In this document: one piece after another, positions 21,203 to 30,442 of the stretch
Layout of the letters: each line of letters begins with the position of its first letter
How positions within the stretch are numbered: position 1 is the stretch's first letter
Source of the DNA: a virus
Length of the DNA: 64,000 bases
IMG/VR virus record: IMGVR_UViG_3300024996_000004
Strand: one strand, 5' to 3'
Translations under genes and position numbers: made by a program
Notes under the pieces: generated by a model
What the model was told of the DNA's origin: nothing
Databases searched by the model: none
What the model saw: the letters and a program-made list of their open reading frames with translations, nothing else

Positions 21203-22015
21203 TTAAGGACAAGTACCCCAAACTGGTCTAGGTAATATCCATGAAGATGCTCCAGTATCAAAATTTGTAGGCAATGATGCAATATTTGTCACGCACCATC
21301 CAGATAAATCCTTATTAAATGTTGATGCATTTTGGAACATGGAAATCATATCAGTTACATTACTGGTATCCCATGATGATATGTCTTGATTAAATGCTTG
21401 AGCATCCCAGAACATACCTTTCATGTATGTTACATTACTAACATTCCAAGATGAAATATTTTGGTTAAATACTGTAGCACCATTAAACATATAGCTCATA
21501 TCCGTAACATTACTAGTATTCCATGTTGAAATGTTTCCATTAAATTCCACAGCATCATAGAACATGTTGCTCATATCAGTAACATTAGATGTATCCCATC
21601 CTGACAAATCTTGATTAAATGATGCCGCACCATTAAACATACTTTTCGTCATTGTTAATGTTGAAGGTATAGAATTAGGAACAGCTATAATATCTTCAGG
21701 TAATTTTATGCCTTCAATATCATATGTACCCCAAGAAATTATTGTAGATGTGCTAGAAATTTCGCCAAAATTATCCAACAAATAAAAATATAAAGGAGGA
21801 TATGAATTTGTCGAATGATAATCGCCGTAAATCTTAATAGTATAATCACCTACTATAGCATAATTATGAGTTATTCCATGGCGGCAGACATCATCACTAC
21901 CATCAGGATTACCGTCAGGAATATTATCAATAGTACCATCACCCCAATCTATTGATGCATTATTACTAGCACCACAAGCAGAAAATTCATATCCATCTGC
22001 GTTAGTAACATTCAT
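21203..22015 (-). CDS. DUF285/BspA-like surface-repeat protein with PKD-like N-domain
   Basis: IDWGDG..H.Y...G.YTI; tandem 25-aa repeats FNQD(I/L)S.W(D/N)TSNVTDM..MF. Confidence 0.8.
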   Translation of the reverse strand: MNVTNADGYEFSACGASNNASIDWGDGTIDNIPDGNPDGSDDVCRHGITHNYAIVGDYTIKIYGDYHSTNSYPPLYFYLLDNFGEISSTSTIISWGTYDIEGIKLPEDIIAVPNSIPSTLTMTKSMFNGAASFNQDLSGWDTSNVTDMSNMFYDAVEFNGNISTWNTSNVTDMSYMFNGATVFNQNISSWNVSNVTYMKGMFWDAQAFNQDISSWDTSNVTDMISMFQNASTFNKDLSGWCVTNIASLPTNFDTGASSWILPRPVWGTCP

Positions 22016-22383
22016 ATAAGAGGCGATGAAGCTATTGGTGAAGGAGTTGGCGTCACTGTTGGTGTTGGCGTTTGAGTTATTGTTGGAATTTCCATATCAC
22101 CAAAAAACAATAATAAAGCAATCCCCGAAACATTTGAAGAAAAAGTAATCGTCACGGTGTTCAAATCAGTTATAATCACTTGATCAGGAATAATAGGATT
22201 TAAACTATCAGTAACTTCTATTACAAATTTGTTACTATTTAAATTATGTTGAATTATCCACGTATTAGATGCAATATCTTGAGTGTATTTAATTTGTGCA
22301 GAAGGTGCTCCTAAAGGTTTATCTAAGTAATACTTATTTCCATTGCGCAGATTTACATATATTGATTTATATTTACTGACCAT
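22012..22383 (-). CDS. Small virion protein with Pro/Thr tail
   Basis: 'TWIIQHNLN..IPD.V......VTITFS' motif plus TPTPT. Confidence 0.55.
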   Translation of the reverse strand: MVSKYKSIYVNLRNGNKYYLDKPLGAPSAQIKYTQDIASNTWIIQHNLNSNKFVIEVTDSLNPIIPDQVIITDLNTVTITFSSNVSGIALLLFFGDMEIPTITQTPTPTVTPTPSPIASSPLI

Positions 22384-22462
22384 TAAACGTTTTCCATAAT
22401 GAACTATTTATGATTGATGGTTCTTGTAGCATAAATAGAAGAACAGTTTAAGGTTTTCATGA

Positions 22463-23266
22463 ATGTCCATCAGAATAATTAACAATAAAACAGGTAGAAC
22501 TATCATCGTGAAAAATCAAGATGATATGAATAATCTTGATGATACATTATCTACAATGAATACTTCTGATAGAGGATTCGATTTATTTGCGGATAATGAT
22601 GACACAAATCCATACAATAATTACGGAACAGATTCATTTGAAATTCCTGATATAAATTCTAATAGCGCTAATCGTAGAAAATATTTTAACGATAGAATAT
22701 CTGATGATTGGTTAGATTATGATAGCTTTGATGCTGATGTAGATCGTCATTATAGAGACGTATCAGCTTATCCATTGTCAAAAGAAATTCAAAGTTGGCA
22801 TGACCCAACTACTGTAGATACTCCCATTTTAAAGTTAAAAGACGTAGACATTCCTGATAGTCAAACTTTTCCATTGGATAGTGATGAACAAAATGACGAA
22901 TTTGGATTATCTATGGATGATACTGGAATGAACCAAGATGAAAATCTTGATGATAATTTCTTTGATGATAATGTTCCTGAAGAAGCTGTCAATGATGACG
23001 AAAATAGTGATTTTCAAGGAATGATTAGAACAGTACATGGTGCTTGTTTGGTATACAAACGTTCCGATGGTAATGGAACATATGATGAATTGTGGGTTTA
23101 TAACGTAGGTTCTGACTTGAGAACAGAAACCGCCATTCGGAAGTCTATCATAGCCGGTACTGATATTGATCCTAATAAGCAAATGTCTGATGATGGAAAA
23201 CAGAAAGCCAAAACATATACAATTGGAAATGTTCAATTTTTGCATATCACAGGAATGGTTCAATAA
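22463..23266 (+). CDS. Acidic late hypothetical protein
   Basis: CATAAATA upstream; acidic N-terminus and folded C-domain. Confidence 0.6.
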   Translation: MSIRIINNKTGRTIIVKNQDDMNNLDDTLSTMNTSDRGFDLFADNDDTNPYNNYGTDSFEIPDINSNSANRRKYFNDRISDDWLDYDSFDADVDRHYRDVSAYPLSKEIQSWHDPTTVDTPILKLKDVDIPDSQTFPLDSDEQNDEFGLSMDDTGMNQDENLDDNFFDDNVPEEAVNDDENSDFQGMIRTVHGACLVYKRSDGNGTYDELWVYNVGSDLRTETAIRKSIIAGTDIDPNKQMSDDGKQKAKTYTIGNVQFLHITGMVQ

Positions 23267-23322
23267 ATTTGACATTTTTCAATAATTAACATAAACTTTA
23301 GTGTATAAAAGGATAATGTTAA

Positions 23323-23571
23323 ATGAAAAATAGTAATTTAAAAGAAATTGATCAAGTTAAAAAAATTTTAACGGATAAATTTAGTGAACTAACACATTTA
23401 GCCATTAAATATAAACATTTAATTGATGGCGCTAAAACCGATTTAAAAAAGACTTATTTTTCGACAAAATTAAAAAAAGTTAATAAACAAGTATATAATG
23501 TAATGGCACAATTAACAATGATTGATCCATCTTTATTAAAATCAACAGAGGATGAAGATGAAAAAATTTAA
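23323..23571 (+). CDS. Hypothetical protein
   Basis: TTGACA promoter and AAGGA RBS upstream. Confidence 0.55.
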   Translation: MKNSNLKEIDQVKKILTDKFSELTHLAIKYKHLIDGAKTDLKKTYFSTKLKKVNKQVYNVMAQLTMIDPSLLKSTEDEDEKI

Positions 23572-24121
23572 TAAATTATTAACCATACATTGCCATACTA
23601 GTGGTTTAGATTATGATAGTGATGACATCACAAATAATAATCAGGCATTAAGTGTTGCGTTAGGTGTGGTGGATTTGAAAACACTTAAGTTGATTGATGT
23701 TAAAACTTTAAGAGTTAAATTCGATCACGAATTATACACATGGAACTCTAAATTAGAATCAATTCATGGTATTTCAAAAGAAGAAAGTTTTGAAGGAGAA
23801 AATTTACAAGATGCTGCTTCAATTATAGGCGAATTCTTATACGAACATTTTGGATTAAAGGATAGCATACCTACTATCGGATATAATGTATTAGGTTTTC
23901 ACATTCCATTTGTTAGTAAAATACTGAAATCTGAAGGTTTACATTTCGAATTTGATAATAGATCACTTGATTTATTTACACTGATGGCTCTCATGAATTG
24001 TTATACTATAAAAGAAGTTTATGAATTATTTGGTATAGATTCTGGAGAAGTATTATCTTCATTAGAATCTATAAAAATGTATCTCAAAATATTCAAAACG
24101 TTTAAATCATTATTGGCTTAA
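23552..24121 (+). CDS. DnaQ/DEDD-fold exonuclease-like protein with His-substituted active site
   Basis: IHCHTSGL (canonical xDxETTGL), 'IHGIS', GYNVLGFH.PF (canonical HN..FD..F), 'LD'. Confidence 0.65.
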   Translation: MKMKKFNKLLTIHCHTSGLDYDSDDITNNNQALSVALGVVDLKTLKLIDVKTLRVKFDHELYTWNSKLESIHGISKEESFEGENLQDAASIIGEFLYEHFGLKDSIPTIGYNVLGFHIPFVSKILKSEGLHFEFDNRSLDLFTLMALMNCYTIKEVYELFGIDSGEVLSSLESIKMYLKIFKTFKSLLA

Positions 24122-24125
24122 TAAT

Positions 24126-24452
24126 ATGAACAATGATACTGAAATATTAAATGAGATTAATAATTTAAAAAATAAAAATGCTTTTCTTCAAAATTTTTCA
24201 AAAACTATGAAAAATGAATTGGCAGTTATACGGAAACATAATAAAAAATTAGAATTACAAAATAAAGAATTGAATAGAAAGTTGGAAGAATTGCTCAAAA
24301 TTTATAAAGGTATTTTGACAGAGAATATAAATACTGGAAGTAAAATTGATAATATTAATCGTAAAATGTTTGTTATGGATCGTAATGAACAAGCCTTAAT
24401 CAATAACTTAGATATCATCAATGAGAAAATTCATATAGATAAAACTTCATGA
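24126..24452 (+). CDS. Coiled-coil hypothetical protein
   Basis: Heptad pattern. Confidence 0.5.
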   Translation: MNNDTEILNEINNLKNKNAFLQNFSKTMKNELAVIRKHNKKLELQNKELNRKLEELLKIYKGILTENINTGSKIDNINRKMFVMDRNEQALINNLDIINEKIHIDKTS

Positions 24453-24823
24453 CCATTATACAGAAAGCCATTATATACATATTAGCTGCATTATTAGCTA
24501 TATCTACCGTTTATGGTGTTTATGCTCATTTTAATATGGAATCTCTAAGATCGGACAATAAAACTCTTACCACTAATATAAACACATACAAACAACAACT
24601 TTCTGATGCAAATGGACAAATTGCTGATCAAAATACTAAGATTGCTAATGCACAAAAAAATGCTAAAGATATGCAAGATAAGTTAGATAATCTCGCTAAA
24701 GTATTAACAGATAATGATGAAAAATATAAAGAAATTATCGATAAACTCAAAAAACAACCAACCCCAAAAGATTGCAAATCTACTATAATATATTTGAAGA
24801 AAAGTTTGGAGGCATTTAAATGA
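24449..24823 (+). CDS. i-spanin (Rz-like)
   Basis: N-terminal TM, coiled coil, C-terminal Cys; overlaps the lipoprotein gene. Confidence 0.7.
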   Translation: MTIIQKAIIYILAALLAISTVYGVYAHFNMESLRSDNKTLTTNINTYKQQLSDANGQIADQNTKIANAQKNAKDMQDKLDNLAKVLTDNDEKYKEIIDKLKKQPTPKDCKSTIIYLKKSLEAFK

Positions 24824-25233
24824 AAATGTTCTATTATTTAATCGTTGTATTATTTGTTGGATTTATAACAGCATGTTCAAATATTCCACCAAAAATAAAA
24901 TATGTTGAAAAAACAGTACCAATTTATTATGTACCAAAAGCACCTAATGTAACGCCACCTGTATTATATTTAACACAATTAACATCAGAACAAGAAAATG
25001 ATATTGGTGAGCTTGCCAAAGCTTTTAATATATCATTAACTCAAGAAACACAATATGCATGTCAATTAAAATTGATTGTAGATGCTTATGCAACATTAGC
25101 AAGTACTCCACCACAATTGTTGCCTACCAGTGTATTTTCCTCTATAAAAAGTGATGTATTCTCTTTTGTTCCCGGATTATTGGGGACACCACCAACCTTA
25201 GTTATTAACACGGATAAATGCAACAAATCATGA
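24820..25233 (+). CDS. o-spanin (Rz1-like lipoprotein)
   Basis: Lipobox ITA/C followed by Pro-rich sequence; implies a Gram-negative host. Confidence 0.7.
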   Translation: MKMFYYLIVVLFVGFITACSNIPPKIKYVEKTVPIYYVPKAPNVTPPVLYLTQLTSEQENDIGELAKAFNISLTQETQYACQLKLIVDAYATLASTPPQLLPTSVFSSIKSDVFSFVPGLLGTPPTLVINTDKCNKS

Positions 25234-25562
25234 AAAAATTACAAGATATAATAACAGAACAGAAAAAAGATAAAGAAGATATAAAAAAATTGAGATTTGT
25301 TGAAACTGATCCACAAGAACCGTTTCCCAATGATACGATAGATTATTTAAAACGTGAAATAAGTAAATTAAGCAAAGATTTGACTCTAGAATGGAAATCG
25401 CCTATAGATTTGGTCAATGCAGCCTTTCACAATCTTGAAGTACCTATCCCAAGAGCATTCTTAAAAGACAGATGGCAACAATATAGCACATTATTTGGAT
25501 TTGCTATCAAGAATTTATTTGATGCCAGAGGTTTTGGTGCTGAATGGTCTAATTCTAGATAA
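25230..25562 (+). CDS. Putative virion protein
   Basis: N-terminus MKKLQDIITE/Q. Confidence 0.5.
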   Translation: MKKLQDIITEQKKDKEDIKKLRFVETDPQEPFPNDTIDYLKREISKLSKDLTLEWKSPIDLVNAAFHNLEVPIPRAFLKDRWQQYSTLFGFAIKNLFDARGFGAEWSNSR

Positions 25563-25588
25563 ATAACATTATATTTGAGAATATTATT

Positions 25589-26920
25589 ATGGACCTTAAT
25601 CGTTTACGTAAATTAGCTGGACTTGATGAAATTAAAGATACTATCACAGAAGCCGAAAAAATTAAAAAAGGCGCTTTTCACAGATGGTTAGGTAAATCAG
25701 AAGATGAACCTATTACCAATGCTGATATTGAACGTGGTCTAGCATCAAACGATGAGCATGTAAAAAAGATGGCTCAGTTTGCAAAAAATATGCAACATAT
25801 ACATGAATCTGATGATAACCTTTACAATCAAGGACATCAGTTTGGCGTTTCTTCAGCAAAATCAGGAATTGGTAGAAAAGAATTCGATGATAAATTGCAT
25901 AATCATTCACGATACAAGATGGGTGGAACGATAGCAACAGCTTTTGGTCGAGGCGCTATGGATGGATGGTTAGAAACCAGAGAAGGCGATCATTTAGAAG
26001 AATCTGCGCCAGCTGATGAAGAAAAGTTTATTAAAGATAATAAGAAAGAGTTTAAAAAGCGTTATGGAAAACGTTGGGAAGCTGTCCTTTACGCTACTGC
26101 GTGGAAAATGCATAATAAGAAAGATTCTGTGAAGGAATCTTTGAATGAAGACAAAGTAGTTAAAGGTGCTTTCCATAAATGGTTAGGAAAACCTGAAGAC
26201 GAAAAGATTACCCAAGCTGATATTGAAAAGGGACTTGCATCCAATGATGAACACGTTCGCAAAATGGCACAATATGCAAAGAATGTTAAAGAATCTTTTT
26301 ATATTGCAGATGAATTTGATGCTTATCTTTTGAAAGAAGATGCACCAAAAATGCATCACTTGTCTTATAAGTGTCCAGAATGTAAACATGAATGGGAAAT
26401 TGATGCTAAAGTACATCGTGACGACGAATGTCCAGAGTGTGGTAAAGTTTCGCTTCCTAAGAAAGATATTACAGAAGCTGAAAAGCCTAATGATAGTGAA
26501 TTTCCAAAAATCACATTTTTGGGAAAAGAAGCTGCTAATAAATTAAATCTCACGAATGTAGAATTTAATGATGATACCATGGAATATAATAAATCTAAAT
26601 TCGGTGTTGATGTTGAACAAAGCACCAAGAAAGTTACTCCAGCTAATGTAAAGAAAAATATCGATAAACGTATTAAAGAATTAGAAAATGCTATCGAACT
26701 TTATGATGAAAAGGGTTATGATGAAAAAAGCATGAAGTCTACTGCTGTCGATGTTCTAAAGAAATTCAAAGAACATTTAGATAAAGAAAACATTCAAGAA
26801 TTCAAAATGGCTCAAGTATATTATGGAACTTTAATGGGTCCATTGTTAGATTTGCTTCCTTCACAACTTGTCAATTTTTTACATGATGGTCGAGAAGAAA
26901 TTAAAAAGAGTATAAAATGA
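25589..26920 (+). CDS. Modular internal head (poly)protein with duplicated domain and zinc ribbon
   Basis: MDLNRLRKLAGL leader, two copies of KGAFH.WLGK.EDE.IT.ADIE.GLASNDEHV.KMAQ, CPEC...CPEC, many (I/L)xE sites. Confidence 0.6.
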   Translation: MDLNRLRKLAGLDEIKDTITEAEKIKKGAFHRWLGKSEDEPITNADIERGLASNDEHVKKMAQFAKNMQHIHESDDNLYNQGHQFGVSSAKSGIGRKEFDDKLHNHSRYKMGGTIATAFGRGAMDGWLETREGDHLEESAPADEEKFIKDNKKEFKKRYGKRWEAVLYATAWKMHNKKDSVKESLNEDKVVKGAFHKWLGKPEDEKITQADIEKGLASNDEHVRKMAQYAKNVKESFYIADEFDAYLLKEDAPKMHHLSYKCPECKHEWEIDAKVHRDDECPECGKVSLPKKDITEAEKPNDSEFPKITFLGKEAANKLNLTNVEFNDDTMEYNKSKFGVDVEQSTKKVTPANVKKNIDKRIKELENAIELYDEKGYDEKSMKSTAVDVLKKFKEHLDKENIQEFKMAQVYYGTLMGPLLDLLPSQLVNFLHDGREEIKKSIK

Positions 26921-27633
26921 TTCCTAAGACATCATCTATGAATCGATTGTATGAAGCTATGAAAAATGCTAATACGACTGAAAAGAAATTACTAACGCAA
27001 GCGTTAATTTTCAGTTCTTTAGTATACTTCGATGATGATTATATCAAAGATGAATTAACTACATTAAATATTACTTACAAAATTTTGAGTTATAAAGGTA
27101 TGAAATGTTTGGTTGGTGAAGTTGATGATATCATTTTCATAAGCTTCAGAGGTACTGATGCAAGTTTGTGGGTGAATTGGAAACGAGACTTTAACATCAT
27201 TCCTCGTGATTTTGGAAGAGGATTTAAAGTTCATGGTGGATTTAAAATTTATCATGATGAATATAAATCTTTTGTAGAAGATTATATCAATTCTATTAAT
27301 AAAGATAAGAAAATAATATTTACGGGACATTCATTAGGCGGTGCCGTTGCTGCTTTATATAACATAAGTTATAACAAACGTTCAGCTTCCATTACGTTCG
27401 GATCACCGAATTATATTTTTAATTCAAACTATAATGAACTAACCAGTTCATCTTATTCTATAATGAGTGATATTGTTCCTCATCTTCCGTTCAGTTTACC
27501 TTTTATGCGTTGGACAAAAGCATGTCATAGTCGAAAATTAATAGCTATGACAAAATTTTTAAATCCATTTTCATATCATCGACTAGATAATTATATTACA
27601 TCTATACTTTCACAAATTGTAAATCTCCCATAA
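26917..27633 (+). CDS. Class 3 lipase (alpha/beta hydrolase)
   Basis: SFRGT, VHGGF, TGHSLGGA, TFGSP, DIVPHLP, H..DNY. Confidence 0.9.
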   Translation: MIPKTSSMNRLYEAMKNANTTEKKLLTQALIFSSLVYFDDDYIKDELTTLNITYKILSYKGMKCLVGEVDDIIFISFRGTDASLWVNWKRDFNIIPRDFGRGFKVHGGFKIYHDEYKSFVEDYINSINKDKKIIFTGHSLGGAVAALYNISYNKRSASITFGSPNYIFNSNYNELTSSSYSIMSDIVPHLPFSLPFMRWTKACHSRKLIAMTKFLNPFSYHRLDNYITSILSQIVNLP

Positions 27634-27665
27634 TTCAAGTATAATCCTGCAAGAGGATAAATTTT

Positions 27666-27872
27666 ATGATTGTTTGCATATGTCATAACGTTACTGAAGA
27701 ACAAATCATCCACGAGATTGATCGAGGTGCAGATTCTATCCCTATTTTGGCTTGTAAACTAGGTGTAACAACTACTTGCGGAAGTTGTGAATCGGAAGTT
27801 CAATCTATTATAGATAAACATAAACGAAATAAAATATTTTTACCGTTTATAAAAATTGATTTTTCATCTTAA
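27666..27872 (+). CDS. bfd: Bacterioferritin-associated [2Fe-2S] ferredoxin
   Basis: MIVCICHNVT...LGV...CGSC. Confidence 0.85.
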   Translation: MIVCICHNVTEEQIIHEIDRGADSIPILACKLGVTTTCGSCESEVQSIIDKHKRNKIFLPFIKIDFSS

Positions 27873-27907
27873 ACATCCTATCATATCCTATCTAAAATGG
27901 GTGATTT

Positions 27908-28417
27908 ATGAATCTTGATCTAGCCGCAAATAACATTCTTGTTAAAGACGGATATGCTTTTTTCTTTGGATCACCGTTTTCCAATTGGCATAAATCGTCA
28001 TTCGAAATAGATGGAATAATTTATTCAACGTCTGAACAATATATGATGCATCAAAAAGCTTTAATGTTTCACGATCATGAAACGGCACAAAAGATTTTAT
28101 CAACATCTGATCCTAAAAAACAAAAAGCTTTAGGTAGATTGGTTAAAAATTATAATGATGCTCTATGGAGTGAACATCGTTTTGATGTTGTATATGAAGG
28201 ATGTTTTGAAAAATTTTACCAAAATGATGACCTTGGTAAATTATTGTTATCAACTGATAAATTAAAAATCGTAGAAGCTTCGCCATTCGATAAAATTTGG
28301 GGGTGTGGATTGCGTATGAATGATGCAAATATTGTAAATGAATCGAAATGGACAGGACAAAATTTGTTAGGAAAGGCTCTTATGCAAGTAAGAGAACAAT
28401 TGAGAGAATTGACATGA
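27908..28417 (+). CDS. NADAR family (YbiA-like) ADP-ribosyl/N-glycosidase
   Basis: FSNW, SEQYMM.QKA, LGR.V, KF.QN, EASP.D.IWG.G, GQNLLGKALM.VR. Confidence 0.92.
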   Translation: MNLDLAANNILVKDGYAFFFGSPFSNWHKSSFEIDGIIYSTSEQYMMHQKALMFHDHETAQKILSTSDPKKQKALGRLVKNYNDALWSEHRFDVVYEGCFEKFYQNDDLGKLLLSTDKLKIVEASPFDKIWGCGLRMNDANIVNESKWTGQNLLGKALMQVREQLRELT

Positions 28418-28872
28418 AATTTGATAACGATATCATTTCAAATGATTATGAAAAAATTATCAAAATTCTAAGTCCTATTGCTCATTCAAGAACCGGATCA
28501 TCCTATATTGAAGAACCGCCTAAGCTAACTACGGATATCGATCATCTAATATTGGTACATGAATTGAAACCAGCAACCAAAATAATTAGAAAAAATGGTT
28601 GGAACGATTGTACTTCAAATGATGACGAGTATAATCAAGAAAGAAAGATGAATAATAATTGGTTAGCATTCAGAAAAAATGAATTCAATATTATTGTAAT
28701 GGATGATATCGTTTTATATATAAATTTCATGGCTGCAACTGAATTATTGAAAAAATATAATGTTAAAGATAAAGACCTAAGAATTGATGTTATGCGTTCT
28801 ATTAAATTTAATCAATTTGAAAATTCTTTGTATGTGTTTATTAAAAAATATTTAAATAAGGAACTGACATGA
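28414..28872 (+). CDS. Minimal Pol-beta-superfamily nucleotidyltransferase-like protein
   Basis: TGS....DID.L motif; ATG 28414 coupled to the NADAR stop. Confidence 0.5.
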   Translation: MKFDNDIISNDYEKIIKILSPIAHSRTGSSYIEEPPKLTTDIDHLILVHELKPATKIIRKNGWNDCTSNDDEYNQERKMNNNWLAFRKNEFNIIVMDDIVLYINFMAATELLKKYNVKDKDLRIDVMRSIKFNQFENSLYVFIKKYLNKELT

Positions 28873-29123
28873 AAGTAGAAATAACAAGAAAAATCTGTGA
28901 AGAAATTGAAATGTCGCACAAAGATATTATTGAAACTGCGATAAAATCTTTGAAAGAAACTGCAAATCTAAAATATCAATGGATTAATCAAAATGGCAAT
29001 TTAGAATATGAAACTCATACGAGTCATAGCTATTATGAAGAAAAAGGTAAACCTTCTCTGAAACAAATTCAAGCATCAAACTTAATTAAAGAATTACAAG
29101 ATTATTTAAAATTTTATCTTTGA
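28869..29123 (+). CDS. Hypothetical protein (similar to 32856)
   Basis: MKVEIT..I...I; C-terminal P...QI.A...IK. Confidence 0.5.
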   Translation: MKVEITRKICEEIEMSHKDIIETAIKSLKETANLKYQWINQNGNLEYETHTSHSYYEEKGKPSLKQIQASNLIKELQDYLKFYL

Positions 29124-29270
29124 AAAGAAGGGATGCCTTTACATGGCCGAAAGGATAGTAATAAATTAATCTTGATAAATTATTTAATACTGATACAATA
29201 TCGATAAATACAAGTAACTTTCAAATAGGTGGAAGTTATATTAAAAAATAAACTCAAAAAGGTGAGTTAT

Positions 29271-30389
29271 ATGACAGATAAACAACGTTATCCTTATATT
29301 TGGGCATGTCTAATCGGAAAATTTTCTCCGATGCACAAAGGCCATCAACATCTCATTGTTGAAGCATTAAAACAAACAAAATATTTGATTATCCTCGTAG
29401 GAAGTCACAATCGCACACTTGATTATGATGTGCCATGGACTTCTTATGAACGCATTGAAATGATTAAAGCATCATTAACTGATGAACAACAAAATCGAAT
29501 TTTCTTCCAAGTGATTGAAGATCGCATCTATTCAGATGTTGAATGGAAAACGATGGCACAAGAAAAAATTGATTCCATTCTTCTCCAATATTCACGTTAT
29601 CGCTTAAATGCAATTGATGCAAAAAAACAAGTCAATATGGCTATTTTTGGTTATAATAAAGATGTAACATCCTTTTATCTAACTGCATTTCCAAACTTAA
29701 AGTATGTAGAACTTCCAAAATACTCATTTGAGGATGAACAACTTCCTTTAAATGCTACTGATATTCGCAAATCTTTTTATGATGGCTATCATGGTCGCAT
29801 CAAAGATTGGATGCCAGAGGGGACATATCAATGGTTAAAAGACAATTGGTTTGATACTGAACGTGAGCAATATATGCAAGAATGGTACATATTCGATTTA
29901 GAATATGAAAAAAATTATTTGCATTATCCGTATGCAGTAAATTTCTATACTACTGATATTATTGTATGTCATCGTTCATTTATTCTCCTTGTTAAGCGTA
30001 AAGGATGGCCTTACAAGGATGTTTATGCTTTCCCCGGAGGCCACATCAATGCAGATGAAACTGCCTATGATGCGGCTATTAGAGAGCTTAGAGAAGAAAC
30101 TCAAATAAAACTTTCTGATAGTAAATTGAATAATAGTTTTAAAGTTCAAAAATTATTTGATGCGCCCAATCGTTCTAAGCGTTGTCGAGTAACAACGAAG
30201 AAAGGTCGAACTGTAACAATTGCACATTTATTTGTTTTAGATGACAATTGGGAAAGACCACATGTTGAAGCAGGAGATGATGCAGCGGATGTGGTATGGG
30301 TATCTTTTGCCGACTTCAAAAACATGAGAAATCAATTGATGGAAGATCATTGTGACGTTGGTGTTGCAATGATGAAATATCTAAACTGA
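29271..30389 (+). CDS. Bifunctional NMN adenylyltransferase / ADP-ribose pyrophosphatase (NadM-Nudix, NatV-like)
   Basis: GKFSPMHKGH, NATDIR, Nudix box GGHINADETAYDAAIRELREET, GDDA. Confidence 0.92.
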   Translation: MTDKQRYPYIWACLIGKFSPMHKGHQHLIVEALKQTKYLIILVGSHNRTLDYDVPWTSYERIEMIKASLTDEQQNRIFFQVIEDRIYSDVEWKTMAQEKIDSILLQYSRYRLNAIDAKKQVNMAIFGYNKDVTSFYLTAFPNLKYVELPKYSFEDEQLPLNATDIRKSFYDGYHGRIKDWMPEGTYQWLKDNWFDTEREQYMQEWYIFDLEYEKNYLHYPYAVNFYTTDIIVCHRSFILLVKRKGWPYKDVYAFPGGHINADETAYDAAIRELREETQIKLSDSKLNNSFKVQKLFDAPNRSKRCRVTTKKGRTVTIAHLFVLDDNWERPHVEAGDDAADVVWVSFADFKNMRNQLMEDHCDVGVAMMKYLN

Positions 30390-30442
30390 TATAAAACAGG
30401 TTATATCAAAAATAAAAATAATCGTCTAATAGGAGACATATA

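Noticed and set aside
21300-21640. Regularly spaced 75-bp repeats as a CRISPR or DGR element
   Set aside because: They are degenerate coding repeats of the DUF285 protein; no cas or reverse transcriptase gene is present.
29124-29207. Small ORF (MPLHGRKDS...) or ribozyme after 29123
   Set aside because: Only 24 codons, a weak 5-bp hairpin and no ribozyme core motifs.
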